A DNA stretch of 63,630 nucleotides, the filler included, from Octopus bimaculoides (Eukaryota): assembly GCF_001194135.2 (NCBI RefSeq). It is 9 parts of 8 records of this genome, joined end to end, with 100 filler letters (N's around TTAATTAATTAA, not from the genome) between each part and the next. Parts side by side here need not be neighbours in the genome. Positions count along the whole stretch, not along the records: positions 48,893 to 58,775 come from NC_068984.1; positions 58,876 to 60,842 come from NC_068997.1; positions 60,943 to 63,630 come from NC_069003.1; 6 more parts are not named here. One strand, 5' to 3'. A program made the translations under genes and the position numbers. Every line of letters begins with the position of its first letter. The first letter of the stretch is position 1. This document shows positions 49,112 to 61,730 of the stretch, in pieces. The notes under the pieces were generated by a model. It was not told where the DNA came from. It ran no database searches and saw only the letters and a program-made list of their open reading frames with translations.

Positions 49112-49251
49112 CTCTTGCTTCAGTTCTTCATACTTTTTTGCTAAACATCTTGATTTTGTTTTCTCAACCTCCAGATCTGCCACTGCTTTGCGCAGTTTCT
49201 TGGAGAGTTCAACAATTTTCATAGCTGCAGTATCATTTGTAATCTCTGGCA
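49112..49251 (-). CDS. CCDC13: CCDC13-like coiled-coil protein, internal exon (140 bp, phase 1 to 0)
   Basis: ttttacttgtag|TG CCA GAG...CAA GAG|gtaatt. Encodes [46 protein letters not shown], which matches the human CCDC13 segment as I recall it ([44 protein letters not shown]). Confidence 0.88.
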
Positions 49252-49619
49252 CTACAAGTAAAATATTCTCTTGTAAATATAATATAATTATAAGATTACT
49301 GCATCAATAAAAAGAAGTCTTGTCAAAGTAGAATAGTAAGTCAGTAAATCATCGTCATCATCATCATCATCATCATCATCAATATTATCATCATTTTTAA
49401 TGTCCGTTTTTTCCATGCTTGCACATGTCAATGGAATTTGTTGGGACAGAGTTTCTACAGCTGGATGCCCTTCCTGTTGTCAACCCTCATCTGTTTCTAG
49501 GTAAGTAAGGTACTACTTGTGACTAGACATGTTTCCACAGAATACTGGAAATGAAAGATACCACTTGCATGACAGTGACACCCATTTACAACTATCACAC
49601 AATGTCAAGGAAATGAGAC

Positions 49620-49661
<42 letters not shown>

Positions 49662-50071
49662 ACACACACATGCACACATGCACCTACACATGCACACACA
49701 CATACACACATACATACACATTTTAGTTTTACTACTAAAATTGCAGCTTGAACTACAACTGAAAGTATGGTATTGAAACTGCCTGACATAGAAGGCTAGA
49801 AGCGGTTTTTCCTTGAGCAAGTAAATGTAGATTAAAGTAAAAATAAAAAGCAAAACGTTTGGCATCGCTTGAAAAGGACATTTAATTTAAATAGAGTATA
49901 TAGACATACAGAGTCTCTTACAGCTGTTTCTGGAATAGTGGTTTCTTACAGCTGCTTGGCTATTTTAGAAACAGCTGTAAGAGACCTTGTATGCTTATAT
50001 TCTCTGTCTAAATGAAATTTTCTTTTCAAATGATGCAACGATTTTACTTTTTCCTTTTACCTTACTCTATA

Positions 50072-50290
50072 TACAAGGGGCTGCTTATAAAGTTCCTGAT
50101 TTTAAAGGTACTGCAAAAGGCCTGGTTGGAGGCCCAAACTTCCAAGTTCTTTTACAGGGCTCAGAAAAACTGAAGGATCACAGCAATCAGTGTGTGAATC
50201 TGAGAGGGAAATATATTGACTAAAATCATAATTAACTGATCATTCTCTATTTTCTTTTACCTAAAACAAGGAACTTTTCAGCACCCCACT
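50072..50290. mobile_element. mariner-derived MITE
   Basis: TA-caaggggctgcttataaagttcc at the left end and ggaacttttcagcacccc at the right end form imperfect TIRs. Confidence 0.55.
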
Positions 50291-50940
50291 TTTATATGCT
50301 TATGCACACAATAGGCTACTTTTAGTTCCTGTCTACCAAATCCACTCAGAAAACACTTGCCCAAGGCACCACATAGTGGGACTGAACCCACAAGCATGTA
50401 AATCTTAAATATGAAGCAGTTCGTTTTGAGTTGTAGGTAACATGATATATATTTTTTACTGCTACAAATTGCACAAACCCAAAGAGTTTAGGATGTGAAA
50501 TTGTTTGGGGACTTTTCTCTCCTCATAATAATAAATAAATAAAGCTGAGGCACAGGTTCAGTCTCACTACATGGCACCTTGAGCTAGTAAATAACTTCTG
50601 CTACAGCGCTGGGCTGAACAAAGCCTTGCATGGTGGGTTTGGTAGATGGAAATCAAAAGAAGCCTATCATCATTATCATCACCATCAATATTTTGACCTC
50701 CACTTTTCTATGCTTCTATGGGTCCCCCAGAGTTTATTGAAGCAGATTATTCTACAGCTGGATGCCCTTCCTGTTACCAACTCTCAACTGTTTTCAAGCA
50801 AGATAATATTTCTCTATAGCGAGACATGTTTTTGCAGATTATTGGAAATGAATGACACTGCACGTATGACAGTGATGCTCATTTACAACTCTTTTGTGAT
50901 GCCAAGACAAGGTGACACAAATACATGCACACACACGCAT

Positions 50941-50982
<42 letters not shown>

Positions 50983-51170
50983 CCATACACATAAAATAAA
51001 ACAGGCTTCTTTCTGTTTCCATCAACTAACTCTACTCAAAGGCTTTGGTCGGCATAGGGCTATAGTAGAAGACTATTAGCCAAGGAATCATGCAGTGGGA
51101 CTGAACCCAACACCATGTGGCTTGGAATGAAACACACACACACACACACACACACACATATCTATATACA

Positions 51171-51764
51171 TACACTAATACCTCACTTTACAAGGACCCA
51201 CTTTACGAGACCCTGGGTTTATGAGTTTTATTTTTCAAGCACAAGATCCAAATTTTGAACAAAGTGCAAAAGTTTCTACTGCTATAACAAATGCCTCTGC
51301 ATGTTACTGAGAAATTTATAGAGATCAAAAGAAAGCTTCTTCTAAGCAAACAATTCTAGATATGTTTTTTAAAAAGAAATCTACAAGTCCATCAACAAGT
51401 GCTTGTGAATCGGCAAGCACATCTACAAGTGATGGTGTGCACGAGTCTTGTGCAAGTGAAAGTAATTCAGAAAATGATTATAATAACATTTTTTATTAGA
51501 AATATGTTTTTACTATAAATATTTTTTATTATAAATGATCTTAACATTTTCTTTACATTACATAAAATATTCTTTACATTCTACTATTGTTTTATTACCA
51601 TTTATTTACAAGTATTATAAATTTGATAGATAAAATATTTTTCTGGAAACGAAATACAATTTATAACATTACTACTATTGGAAATTATTGTTTTGCTTTA
51701 CGAGTTTTCACTTTGTGAGCAGTCTCTGGGAACAAATTAACTTGTATATTGAGGCATTATTGTA
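51171..51764 (+). mobile_element. Tigger/pogo-like internally deleted transposon
   Basis: TIRs TAcactaatacctcactttacaag and cttgtatattgaggcattattgTA. Internal KKASSKQTILDMFF-like pogo C-terminus. Confidence 0.7.
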
Positions 51765-51826
51765 TATATGTGTGTGTGTTTGTGTGTGTATACACTAGAA
51801 AGAAAGATAGTCCTCAGGCACCACTT

Positions 51827-52093
51827 CTACAGGGTTCTACCAAAAGCAGCCATCATTACACTTTCTGGCCAGGTTCTCAAGTATATCCGACTGAGACTAT
51901 GGATGTTATCCAACCAACTCATTCTTGCTCTACTCCAATGTCTTCTGCCATTTGGCTCAGCTTCAAGAATCTGTCTTGTGATTCTTTCCTGTGACATTCT
52001 AATCACATGTCTGTAGAACTGGAACTGTGACTTCTCAATGCAGAGAAGTAGTGACTTGACTCTGAGGGGCTCCCTGATCTGCAAGCTATGCAT
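51827..52093 (-). mobile_element. RTE-clade LINE ORF C-terminal fragment
   Basis: IEKSQFQFYRHVIRMSQERITRQILEAEPNGRRHWSRARMSWLDNI follows the RW-GHV-RM...GRRPRGRP..RW pattern. Confidence 0.8.
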
Positions 52094-52503
52094 ACTGTCA
52101 AGTAACTTTTCTTCAGAGATCCCTCAGAGAAACCCCATTTTGGAAACTTAGATTTTATTTATTTATCTATCCCCTTATAAATCAAATGTACAGTTTCAAG
52201 CAAATCAGATTCTAATAAAAGCAATGACTCGAAAATTGTGCTTTGGATGAATGTGTTCTGAAATTGGATGCCTTTTTGTTCACTAGACTATTTCCTGAAT
52301 CTCTCAATTGTTGCTCTTCACAAATCATCAAAGATTTGATTTAGTTGCAATCCTGCATTCAACCCTCAAATATTATTTGTTCAGCAGTATTTTGCATTAG
52401 AAAAGTAAACTGTACAGCTGTTCCAACAAACAGTGTGTGTTTTATACTGCATATTGACGCATGCTCATGTACATACATACATACAGATACATTCACAAAC
52501 ATG

Positions 52504-52845
52504 TACCGTATTTGATGGCCTATAAGATGCATGAGTGCATAGGATGCATCCCTAGCCTAGGCTATACTTTTGTAAAATAAATTACCACTAAAATAATGAT
52601 TTAATTCCTCCACTTACCTGTATATCTTTGTTATTACCAGTAATTATAAGCAATTTATTGCATCCACATTCGATATAAACATACTGTAGGTGATTATTCA
52701 CCAATAGATGGCAGCACATGTTTTGTAAACATACATACCGTTTTGAGCAAGTTTTGAGCCTACATTGAGTGCATTGGACACAGGGAGATTTTTAAAGCCA
52801 TTTTGAGGTAAAAAAGGTACATCTTATAGGCCATGAAATATGGTG
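52504..52845. mobile_element. Tc/mariner-superfamily MITE
   Basis: Left TIR taccgtatttgatggcctataagatgca. The right end, reverse-complemented, reads caccatatttcatggcctataagatgta. Confidence 0.75.
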
Positions 52846-52899
52846 CATACATATAATATAAATATCTGTAGATAAAAAGTATCTCAATATTTTCTATTT

Positions 52900-53178
52900 T
52901 TTACTTGTTTCAGTCTTTGGACTGCAGTGATGCTGGGACACTGCCTTGAAGGGCTTTTAATCAAATAAGTCAATCCTAGTGCTCATTTTTTTTTTTTTTT
53001 TACATCTGGTACTTATTCTATCAGTCACTTTTGCTGAACTGCTAAGTTATGGGGGACCTAAACAAACTAACACTGATTGTCAAGCAGTGATGTGGGGACA
53101 GATACAAACAAAAAGACACACACACACGCACACACACACACACACACACAAAGATATATATATGTTTTCTTTATTTTC

Positions 53179-53214
<36 letters not shown>

Positions 53215-53795
53215 TGAGGAGGGTATTGGATTTAACCAAACTCAAANNNNNNNNNNNNNNNNNNNNNNNNNNNNNNNNNNNNNNNNNNNNNNNNNNNNNN
53301 NNNNNNNNNNNNNNNNNNNNNNNNNNNNNNNNNNNNNNNNNNNNNNNNNNNNNNNNNNNNNNNNNNNNNNNNNNNNNNNNNNNNNNNNNNNNNNNNNNNN
53401 NNNNNNNNNNNNNNNNNNNNNNNNNNNNNNNNNNNNNNNNNNNNNNNNNNNNNNNNNNNNNNNNNNNNNNNNNNNNNNNNNNNNNNNNNNNNNNNNNNNN
53501 NNNNNNNNNNNNNNNNNNNNNNNNNNNNNNNNNNNNNNNNNNNNNNNNNNNNNNNNNNNNNNNNNNNNNNNNNNNNNNNNNNNNNNNNNNNNNNNNNNNN
53601 NNNNNNNNNNNNNNNNNNNNNNNNNNNNNNNNNNNNNNNNNNNNNNNNNNATATATATAATGGGCTCCTTTCAGATTCTGTCTTCCAAATCTACTCACAA
53701 AGCTTTGGTAGAAGATTCTAGCTCAAGATGCCATGCAGTGGGACTGAACCTGAGACCATGTGGTTTGGAAGTAAACTTCTTACCACACAGCCATT
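52900..53795 (-). mobile_element. SINE family A split by an assembly gap (3' half 52900-53110, 5' half 53665-53795)
   Basis: The two colinear halves flank microsatellite and N-run sequence. Confidence 0.65.
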
Positions 53796-53844
53796 TTCTT
53801 TTGCTTTGTTTATTATAAAAGTGTAAACTAATAAATCAACTTAC

Positions 53845-53950
53845 ATTTTATGTTATCATTCTGTGTTGAAAGTCCTTTCTGAAGTTGTCGTATTTCAAAT
53901 TCTTTTTCCCTTAGCAATTGACTGAGCCTCCCATTTTCATCTTTCAAACC
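53845..53950 (-). CDS. CCDC13: CCDC13-like, internal exon (106 bp, phase 0 to 1)
   Basis: attcttag|GGT TTG AAA GAT GAA AAT GGG AGG...ATA AAA T|gtaagt. Encodes GLKDENGRLSQLLREKEFEIRQLQKGLSTQNDNIK, matching the CCDC13 motif DENGRLYKLLKERDFEIKHL. The end phase fits the 49251 exon (T+TG = Leu). Confidence 0.88.
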
Positions 53951-54235
53951 CTAAGAATAAAGATAAAGATAAATAAATGCATATGCATTCATTTAAGTTT
54001 TTTTTTAAACTTTATAATCTGAGGCATATTTGTGGAAGGAGGGCCTTGAACCTCATGGCAAGGGTGACAAAGGACTAGAGTGCCTTACTGTAAATTAAAA
54101 ATTCTTGGTAACATCTATCCATTATCATTCCTACCTGAAGCAAATTCTATTCTCTTACAGCACTATGTCTCCCTCTCACTCCAAGATATCTGAAGTTTAT
54201 CACCACTGTAACAAATTATATATGTAACTACTTAC

Positions 54236-54307
54236 TCGTATTTGATCCTTGTTGACTGAAGGTGAGTCAATATCTTTCGGTATACTGGAATTAGTCAAAT
54301 CAAGCAC
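54236..54307 (-). CDS. CCDC13: CCDC13-like, internal exon (72 bp, phase 0 to 0)
   Basis: attattttaaag|GTG CTT GAT...ATA CGA|gtaagt. Open frame VLDLTNSSIPKDIDSPSVNKDQIR. Canonical splice sites, and the phase fits both neighbours. Sequence similarity itself is weak. Confidence 0.65.
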
Positions 54308-55263
54308 CTTTAAAATAATTATATATATAGCATATTGAACAAATGATAAAGCAAGACATTATGGCAAAAATACATATATATATATTCAGATGCACACACA
54401 CACACACATATACCTAAATGTGTACAAATATGCATAAGTACATACATACATACGTACATGCATACATACATACATACATACATACATACATACATACATT
54501 CATACATACATACATACATACATACATACATACATACATACATACATACATACATACATGCATACATACATGTATTAAAACACTATTAACATAGAAATTA
54601 AAATAGCTTGTAACTATACTCAAAAACTTTGCCCTTTTACAAACCAATGAGAAAGCCTCTGTTTGGTAGCCCCTGCCTTAAATATCAGCCAAATCTCTTT
54701 TTGCTGTTTTAAGAATAGGAAAGACACATTGCATAAAGTTATCTCTAAATATGCTGTCTGAAACGAATGACAGTATAATCATATCTGAGGTACTTCTCAT
54801 CATAGGTCAGACTGTTATATCAAGAATGATCTGGGGCTAAACAACAACGAAAACAAGTATGTTCCTTATTTCAAGGCCAATCCATTTACACAGACCGGAT
54901 CCCTGTTATTCACTAAACAACAAACTAACTGTGTAATTCCTTTTGATAGTTTAGAGGATATTTCACGATCATCATCATCATCATTATCATCATCATTTCA
55001 CATTTTTTTTCCATGCTGGCATGGGTTGGATGGTTTGACTAGAACTGGTACGTCAGAGAGATGCACCAGACTCTAATCTGTTTTGGCTTGGTTTCTAGGG
55101 CTGGATGCCCTTCCTAATGCCAAGCACTCTACAGAGTGTACAGGTTGTCTTTTACATGTCACTGGCATGGGTGCCTTTTACATGTCACCAGCACTGACCA
55201 TAACCACAATTTCACTTAGCTTGACATATCTTCTCAAGCACAACAAATCACCATAAGTTTCAG

Positions 55264-55470
55264 TCACTTGTCATTGCATCCCTGAGACTCAACAACCCAA
55301 AGATCATATTTCACCACCTTGTCCAACATCTTCCTGAGTCTACCTCGTCCACAGGTTCTCTCCACAATAAGTGATTGGCACTTCTTTATACAGCTGTCCT
55401 CATCCATATGCAACACATAACCACACCAGCACAGTCCTCTCTCTTGCACATCACATCTGATGTGTATCAT
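55264..55470 (-). mobile_element. RTE-clade LINE ORF C-terminus, contiguous with its 3' UTR at about 54970-55260
   Basis: VQERGLCWCGYVLHMDEDSCIKKCQSLIVERTCGRGRLRKMLDKVVKYDL. Confidence 0.85.
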
Positions 55471-56309
55471 AATTTGTTACTTACATGATTTCAGCTCTGA
55501 TTTATTCATCAGGTATTTAAATATGGAGAGAAGTTATTCTAAACATGAATGGATTTTAGGTTGTAAAATTACCTAATTAAAATTTATTCCCATTCTTCAA
55601 CTTAATATCTAAAATTATAGCACTACTATTACTATCACCACCACCACCACTGCTACTATAGATATTGTTGCTATTCTACTATTCATCATTATCATCATCA
55701 TTTAATGTTCTCCTTCCATGTTGGCATGAGTTGGATGGTTTAACAGGAGATGGCAAGTCAAAAGACTGCACCAAGCTCTGCTGTCTGCTTTGGTATGGTG
55801 CTTATGGCTGGACACCCTTCCTAATTCCAACCACTTTACAAAGTGTACTAGGTGCTTTTCACGTGGTAGGTACCAAGTAACTTACAAGACAAAACCCTTC
55901 AAATGAGGGCTGTAGTATTGAGGGAGATGGCTTTGTGCCAGAGGATGAGAGGTTAAAGCATAGATAGAACAGAAATAGGTGTTTTCCAGGAGATATGTGG
56001 CTATGTTCATTAGAAACAGAAAGAAGAGAGAGGGAAAGAGGAGAGAGAGAAGAGAGGGAGAGGTGGGAAAGGAGAGAGACTAAAGAGGGAATGGAGAGTG
56101 AGAAGGGTGAGAGGAGACAGTAAAGAGGACGAAGATGTGGTAGTGGGTACACAGAAGTTACAAGGAGAAAATATTTGTAAATGAATTATATAAACATGTT
56201 ACTTTTTAGGGTTAAAAAGAAAAGAAAGGATTAATTGATCAAAATACACACATACAGATGTTTGTGCTTTTCAAAGATGTTCTTACAGCAAAGTAAACAC
56301 AACAAATAC

Positions 56310-56411
56310 CTCTAAGTTTAGGTTATCATCAACCCCAAAAGTGTTTGCAAGTTCCATTTTTCTTAAATTCTCCTTTTCTTTTTTCAGCAAATCGTTATGG
56401 TTGACTACTTC
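56310..56411 (-). CDS. CCDC13: CCDC13-like, internal exon (102 bp, phase 0 to 0)
   Basis: ttcttattttag|GAA GTA GTC...TTA GAG|gtattt. Encodes EVVNHNDLLKKEKENLRKMELANTFGVDDNLNLE. TFGVDDNLNL is positionally similar to human PLEVSDGLSL. Confidence 0.65.
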
Positions 56412-58498
56412 CTAAAATAAGAACGCGAGATATACAGATTATTTTAACCACCATCTTTCTGTGTTGGTATGGATTAAGTACACTTGTTGTAAAAACATAT
56501 TAATATAGTGCTTAATTTGGAAACAGTGACCTGGCAGAATCATTAGCATACCAGACAAAATGTTTAGTGGTGTTTCATCCATCTTGACACTCTGAGTTCA
56601 AATTCTACTGAGGTCAACTTTGCCTTTCATCCTTTTGGTGGTCTATAAAATAAGAACCATAAAATAAGAACCAGGTGAGTACTGTGGTCAATCTAATCAA
56701 CTTATCCTCTTCCCCAAAACTGCTGGTCTAGTGCCAAAATTTGAAACCAATATAGTTCTTAATCTGGTGACATCTTATGTATGAGGTTGTAGTGAATGTA
56801 TCACAGGATGCCAGAGACATGAATGTAAATCAACAGGTGTGCAGCCAGAGTTTGACAGCCAAGTATCCCATCGGATCAGCTAGCAACAATGCTGTCCTAT
56901 ATCATCATGTGCTGGACCAAACACTGATGCACCTAATCTTTTAACAAGAAGAAGCAGCAGCAACTCATATAGTCATTTCTTTTTTTTTTTTTAACCCATA
57001 TAATTGTATATCAATTTTTTCATATACTCAGATAAACTGGCATCTATGGCTGAACTTACATCATTACTTTTCTATTAATACAACATCAGATTCATGCTGT
57101 ATTAATGAGCAATGCAGTTGCAGTTAAGAAGAGCTAGATAGAGGTTACCAGTTGGGCATTGGTGACAGTGTTTGTCACTCATGCCACCCAACCCAGAGTG
57201 ACAGGGCCTGTCAACACAGCACCAAGATCAACAGAATCAAAAGGCTTTCATGAGCCATAAGCTCATAAGGCTGGTTTCGCACATTTTAAATTGTATATAT
57301 TCCCACTGGACAGGAGGCTAGTCATGAGTGCAACACCCTATTCGCTAAGTGATGCATCTCCACAAAAAAGGATCAAAGATTCTCCTTTTGTTGGGTTTTA
57401 AAAATTGAAATATGTCACATATAAATAACATTTTTCTTTTCAATGGATAGCAAGATATCACAAAAAGATTACACAGTTAACTCAAACAAGTAGTTTTGGG
57501 CAACCAGTGAAGTTCAGTGTGGAAGAGCAAGTGATGAAATTCTTCATTGTTTTTGTTGGCACAAGTGACCAAATAATTTGTCAAGGGAATTGTTTCTGAT
57601 TTTGTTAATTGCTGTACAATCAAGTTAAAATGTGTAATGCAAACAACAATTAAGGTTGCTTACAGCTTATGTTATTGATGAATCATACAATGCATATCTA
57701 ACATATTTGGTATTGCCCTTTTCTAAATGTGCCATGAATCCATGGTAGTAGCCCATCAACAGAGCTCCTCCAGTTGCAGCTATCATCATATTTGTAAGAG
57801 AAATCGCTTTTTCTTCATAAATAACTCTTTCATAAGAAATAGCAACTCCCCTCTAGTGTCTCGCCTCAAATGTCTGGCAAATAATAACTATTGAGTTGGC
57901 TTCATTCTTCCAGTTGTATAAAAAGTTACATATTGTTTCTTCTTCCCCCTTGCTCTTTTTGTCGATTCATTATAGTATTGTATTATTTCTCAAAGGTATC
58001 TTATATCAGTTGCTGGTTTAAGCAACACAGTATGTAAAAAATCACTAACAGACACTTGGATCAATACTTCTCCAAGAAAAACACTTTTCTGAATTTGGCA
58101 ATCAGCAGCAAAATTTTACTTTATAAGAAGCCAATAGTATAAATGAAAATATATATGACAACAATAGGCTGTTGGCAAAATTAGTCTTGAAGTGCTTTAA
58201 AATAGCATAAATCTTTAGTTGATTTGCCAGCATGAATTTTTTCATAGTTTCAGAGATTTCTTAACAAACACCTCTGGATAAATCAGGCACACTAGTCATA
58301 ATAGTCAAAAGCTTGTTTGTTAATGATGGAATAGACCCATATCTTAAATATTTGATACTGTACTGCTAAGATTTCTCTTTTGGTTTTACAATGTTATATC
58401 TATAAAATACGACAGTGAGTCAGAATGTAATGCAATTTTTATTTGCATTACATTTTGACTCACCTTCGTATTTATGACAGTTAGTCAAAAACTAATGC

Positions 58499-58536
<38 letters not shown>

Positions 58537-59074
58537 ATATTAGGGACAAAATCCAAAATTACAGGTAAAAAACTCAATTAAAATCAATTTATAAAAAATT
58601 AAAATTAAATTGAGCCTTATAGATAAAGTATATATAAAATATATAGTTTTAGGGAAAATAACCAATTTTCAAGAACTCATCGATGAAAATCCACTATCAC
58701 ATATAGAAAAATTAATAATTAAAAGCACAATAAATGAGTATAATATAAAGTAAAGTAAATATCATAAGATAAATANNNNNNNNNNNNNNNNNNNNNNNNN
58801 NNNNNNNNNNNNNNNNNNNTTAATTAATTAANNNNNNNNNNNNNNNNNNNNNNNNNNNNNNNNNNNNNNNNNNNNCTAAATACAGCAATTATTTTTCTTT
58901 CTTTTTCTGTCTAGACTTGTTAATTCATTCAGCCTCCAGGAGAGAATATTACAGCTATACATTATTAGTGTTGCACATTGCCTTATTTTTCTTTGCATCC
59001 TGTCCTCTTTTACGTGTTAATCTAATGCGCTTGTAATATAATTTCCTACATATTATTTGGTTTGGGATTAGTAC

Positions 59075-59137
59075 TCTTTCTGAACATGTCTGTATTTCTT
59101 GTATTTCTCTTATTTCAGTTTCTCGATTTAGCGTCAT
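59075..59137 (-). CDS. CCDC13: Tentative first coding exon of the CCDC13-like gene
   Basis: ATG...MTLNRETEIREIQEIQTCSER|gtacta. The phase-0 donor is compatible with the 56411 exon, and IQEIQ resembles human MQEMQ at a similar distance from DENGRL. The donor is weak. Confidence 0.35.
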
Positions 59138-59492
59138 ATTAGTGTTGAGATTAATTTTTTTGCTTTATTGTTTTCAAATCTTCACAATTTATCAATTCTA
59201 AGAAATCCGTACACAATCTACAACAATATTTTAGTTGTTTATCATAGGAAGCGCGAATTTGCCTGTACACAAATGATAGTTGATCACCGTCGCCACAGCA
59301 TTTGTATCTGAGTCATTTCTTATTTTTATGTATCAAATTCAAAATACTTTAGATTGAACGATCATTTCTTAATATATCTTTTAAACGTTGTCATATTTTC
59401 CGGATGGGATCTGTCTGGTATTGATACGAAGCGTGATCCGATAGTTTCGGAAGTGCTATCAAATCGTCGACCAACCTGAACACATCTAAGAG

Positions 59493-59556
<64 letters not shown>

Positions 59557-59687
59557 TAATAACAACAACAACAACAGCAACAACAACAACAACAACAATA
59601 ATAATAATTATAATAATAATAATGATANNNNNNNNNNTAATGATAGTAATAGCAACAACAACAACAACAGCAACAACAATAATAATA

Positions 59688-59762
<75 letters not shown>

Positions 59763-59831
59763 GACAATACGAAGAGCGCGATGTGATTGCAATACATATT
59801 TTATTGTTTGAACGATATTTCGACAGCTTAC

Positions 59832-59960
59832 CTGTCTTTGTCGAGTTCAAAATGAAAAGTGATGCATAGAAATTCAAAATTGTAGAAATTCAAATTCAAT
59901 GATTAAAACGAGGGCAACCAGCGTTCCCACGTTGATGTAATTACATCATCAGTCTTCAAT
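59832..59960 (-). promoter_or_regulatory. Possible 5' non-coding exon / promoter-proximal region of the CCDC13-like gene
   Basis: Strong minus-strand donor caaagacag|gtaagc at 59832/59831, in a relatively CpG-retaining stretch upstream of the coding exons. The upstream boundary is arbitrary. Confidence 0.3.
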
Positions 59961-60169
59961 TTTCAAGTTTACAACTGGCAAAAAGAAAAAAAGGAAAAAG
60001 ATAAGAAAAAGAAAAGAAAAAGAAAAGGAAAAAGGAGAAGATCTATTCAAACAGTTTTGTGTAGATGTGATGAAATTCTCCTGTCATTTTGTTCAACCCT
60101 CCAGCGCGTGATGTTAATAACTCACAAACATATTTCTCTTCACGCATTTTGAGGACTGAAAGTGTAGCA

Positions 60170-60835
60170 GATTCACAATATTTTCTGAGAATATGCACTT
60201 TCAAGTCTTTTTTCAAAATTGCAGCCGTTTGATGTAAAACGTTCAGCTAGTTCTGTTGAACTACCGTTATTATGCCTGACATCATAGCTGTGCCCATTGA
60301 ATCTTTTGTTTAATTGTTCTGTTGTACAACCAACATAAATCAAGTTCAGTTGGTTGCATTTTATTGCGTACATCAAATGGGAATCTTTACACGTCCCACC
60401 TTTCGTGTAAATCACAACAGTTCTGATGGAATTGACTTGACACATGTTATCGCACAATGAACACGATTTACCTGTCTTGCGGCTGTTTTTCAAGGTACAG
60501 CGTGCAGAAATTCCATTGTTGATTTTCTTGAAGTCGGAAGTAGAGGTTAATATTTCTGATATTTTGATGCCGTCTAAAGGCTACAATAGGCGTCTGAGAA
60601 AATATTTGTTTCAAACGAGAATATTTTTTCCGCAACATGCTGGTAACTTTCGTATAACACTTTTGAAATGCCAGCAAACTTGTGTAATTTCCACATTTGT
60701 TGTCTTGGCGTTTTCATGCTTATAAAATCATTCCTAAGAGACCTATTGCTATAGGGATTTTTTTCAGACTGTACATAAAGAGTATCTCTGTTGCCAGATC
60801 TTTATTATTGGACATCCCTTCCTTTTCTTTTAGAA
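60170..60835 (-). mobile_element. Penelope-like element, RT-distal to GIY-YIG fragment
   Basis: LKQIFSQTPIVAFRRHQNIRNI; CSLC...LMYAIKCNQLNLIYVGCTTEQLNKRFNGHSYDVR (GIY-YIG with YVGxT...RFNGH). Confidence 0.88.
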
Positions 60836-61499
60836 ATTCACTNNNNNNNNNNNNNNNNNNNNNNNNNNNNNNNNNNNNNNNNNNNNTTAATTAATTAANN
60901 NNNNNNNNNNNNNNNNNNNNNNNNNNNNNNNNNNNNNNNNNNTTTTGTATTGTCGCTATTGTGTTTGTTGGCTGGTCTGAGGTGATGAGTGGTTGAGTTG
61001 AGAAACGAAAACTTGTTCTTTGGACAGCTTGAAGTAGCAAACTCACAACACTTATGAACAATCAACAGAAGATTCTATTGTTGCACATCGGCTGAAGCTG
61101 TGTTGGTCTTTTGCAAATAACAACAGCAATAATTATTGAGAGAGACTGCTTGGAGTTCACGGCAAGCAACATTTGGCTGACCCAACATCAGTGAAAACAA
61201 TTGTGCTATATTCGTGGTGACGGAAATTCCTATCATCTATCTTCTCTCTGTCTTAACTGTTTTCCTGGGTCATCTGGCTGTGGCAAGAATGGAGACACAT
61301 ATTGCTCAGTTGCCTCAACATTCTGAAATTACAGCCAAAAGCAACCTTTTTATAGAATACAGGGAGAAGATTGAACCACGCGATGGTTTACACTGGTTGG
61401 TTACTTAATAGACCGATCATGTGAAACTACTGTGTCTCAGTCGTGACGCATGACAGATTACCTCGCGGTTCGGCTTCGAATTACCGCTACAATACCATA

Positions 61500-61730
61500 A
61501 AATATGGTATCTTTCATATTTTCTTTATTACCCACAAAAACTCGAAAATACATAAAAATACAATGCTTTGGAAATGGTTTTCACGCTTCAAGGAGGGGAA
61601 ACTCAACTTCATAAACCCTCCGCGTCCCGGCTGACTTGTTCAGTTAAATGAGGATCAACTGAACGATCTAATCCACAAGGATTCATACCATTCTGCAAAA
61701 GAATTGGGCCCTGTAGATGAGATGTTCTCA
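61500..61730 (+). mobile_element. mariner transposase N-terminal relic
   Basis: KWFSRFKEGKLNFINPPRPG*LVQLNEDQLNDLIH matches the mariner WFxRFKxG...PRxGRP motif. Confidence 0.7.

Noticed and set aside
54130-54205. Apparent AG...GT exon between CCDC13 exons
   Set aside because: All frames have stops or the wrong phase, and VINFRYLG points to an old LINE RT relic.
59905-59960. RFX X-box for a ciliary gene promoter, or a hammerhead (ctgatga tgtaattaca)
   Set aside because: The GGCAAC half-site lacks a correctly oriented partner, and the GAAAC is missing after the palindrome.
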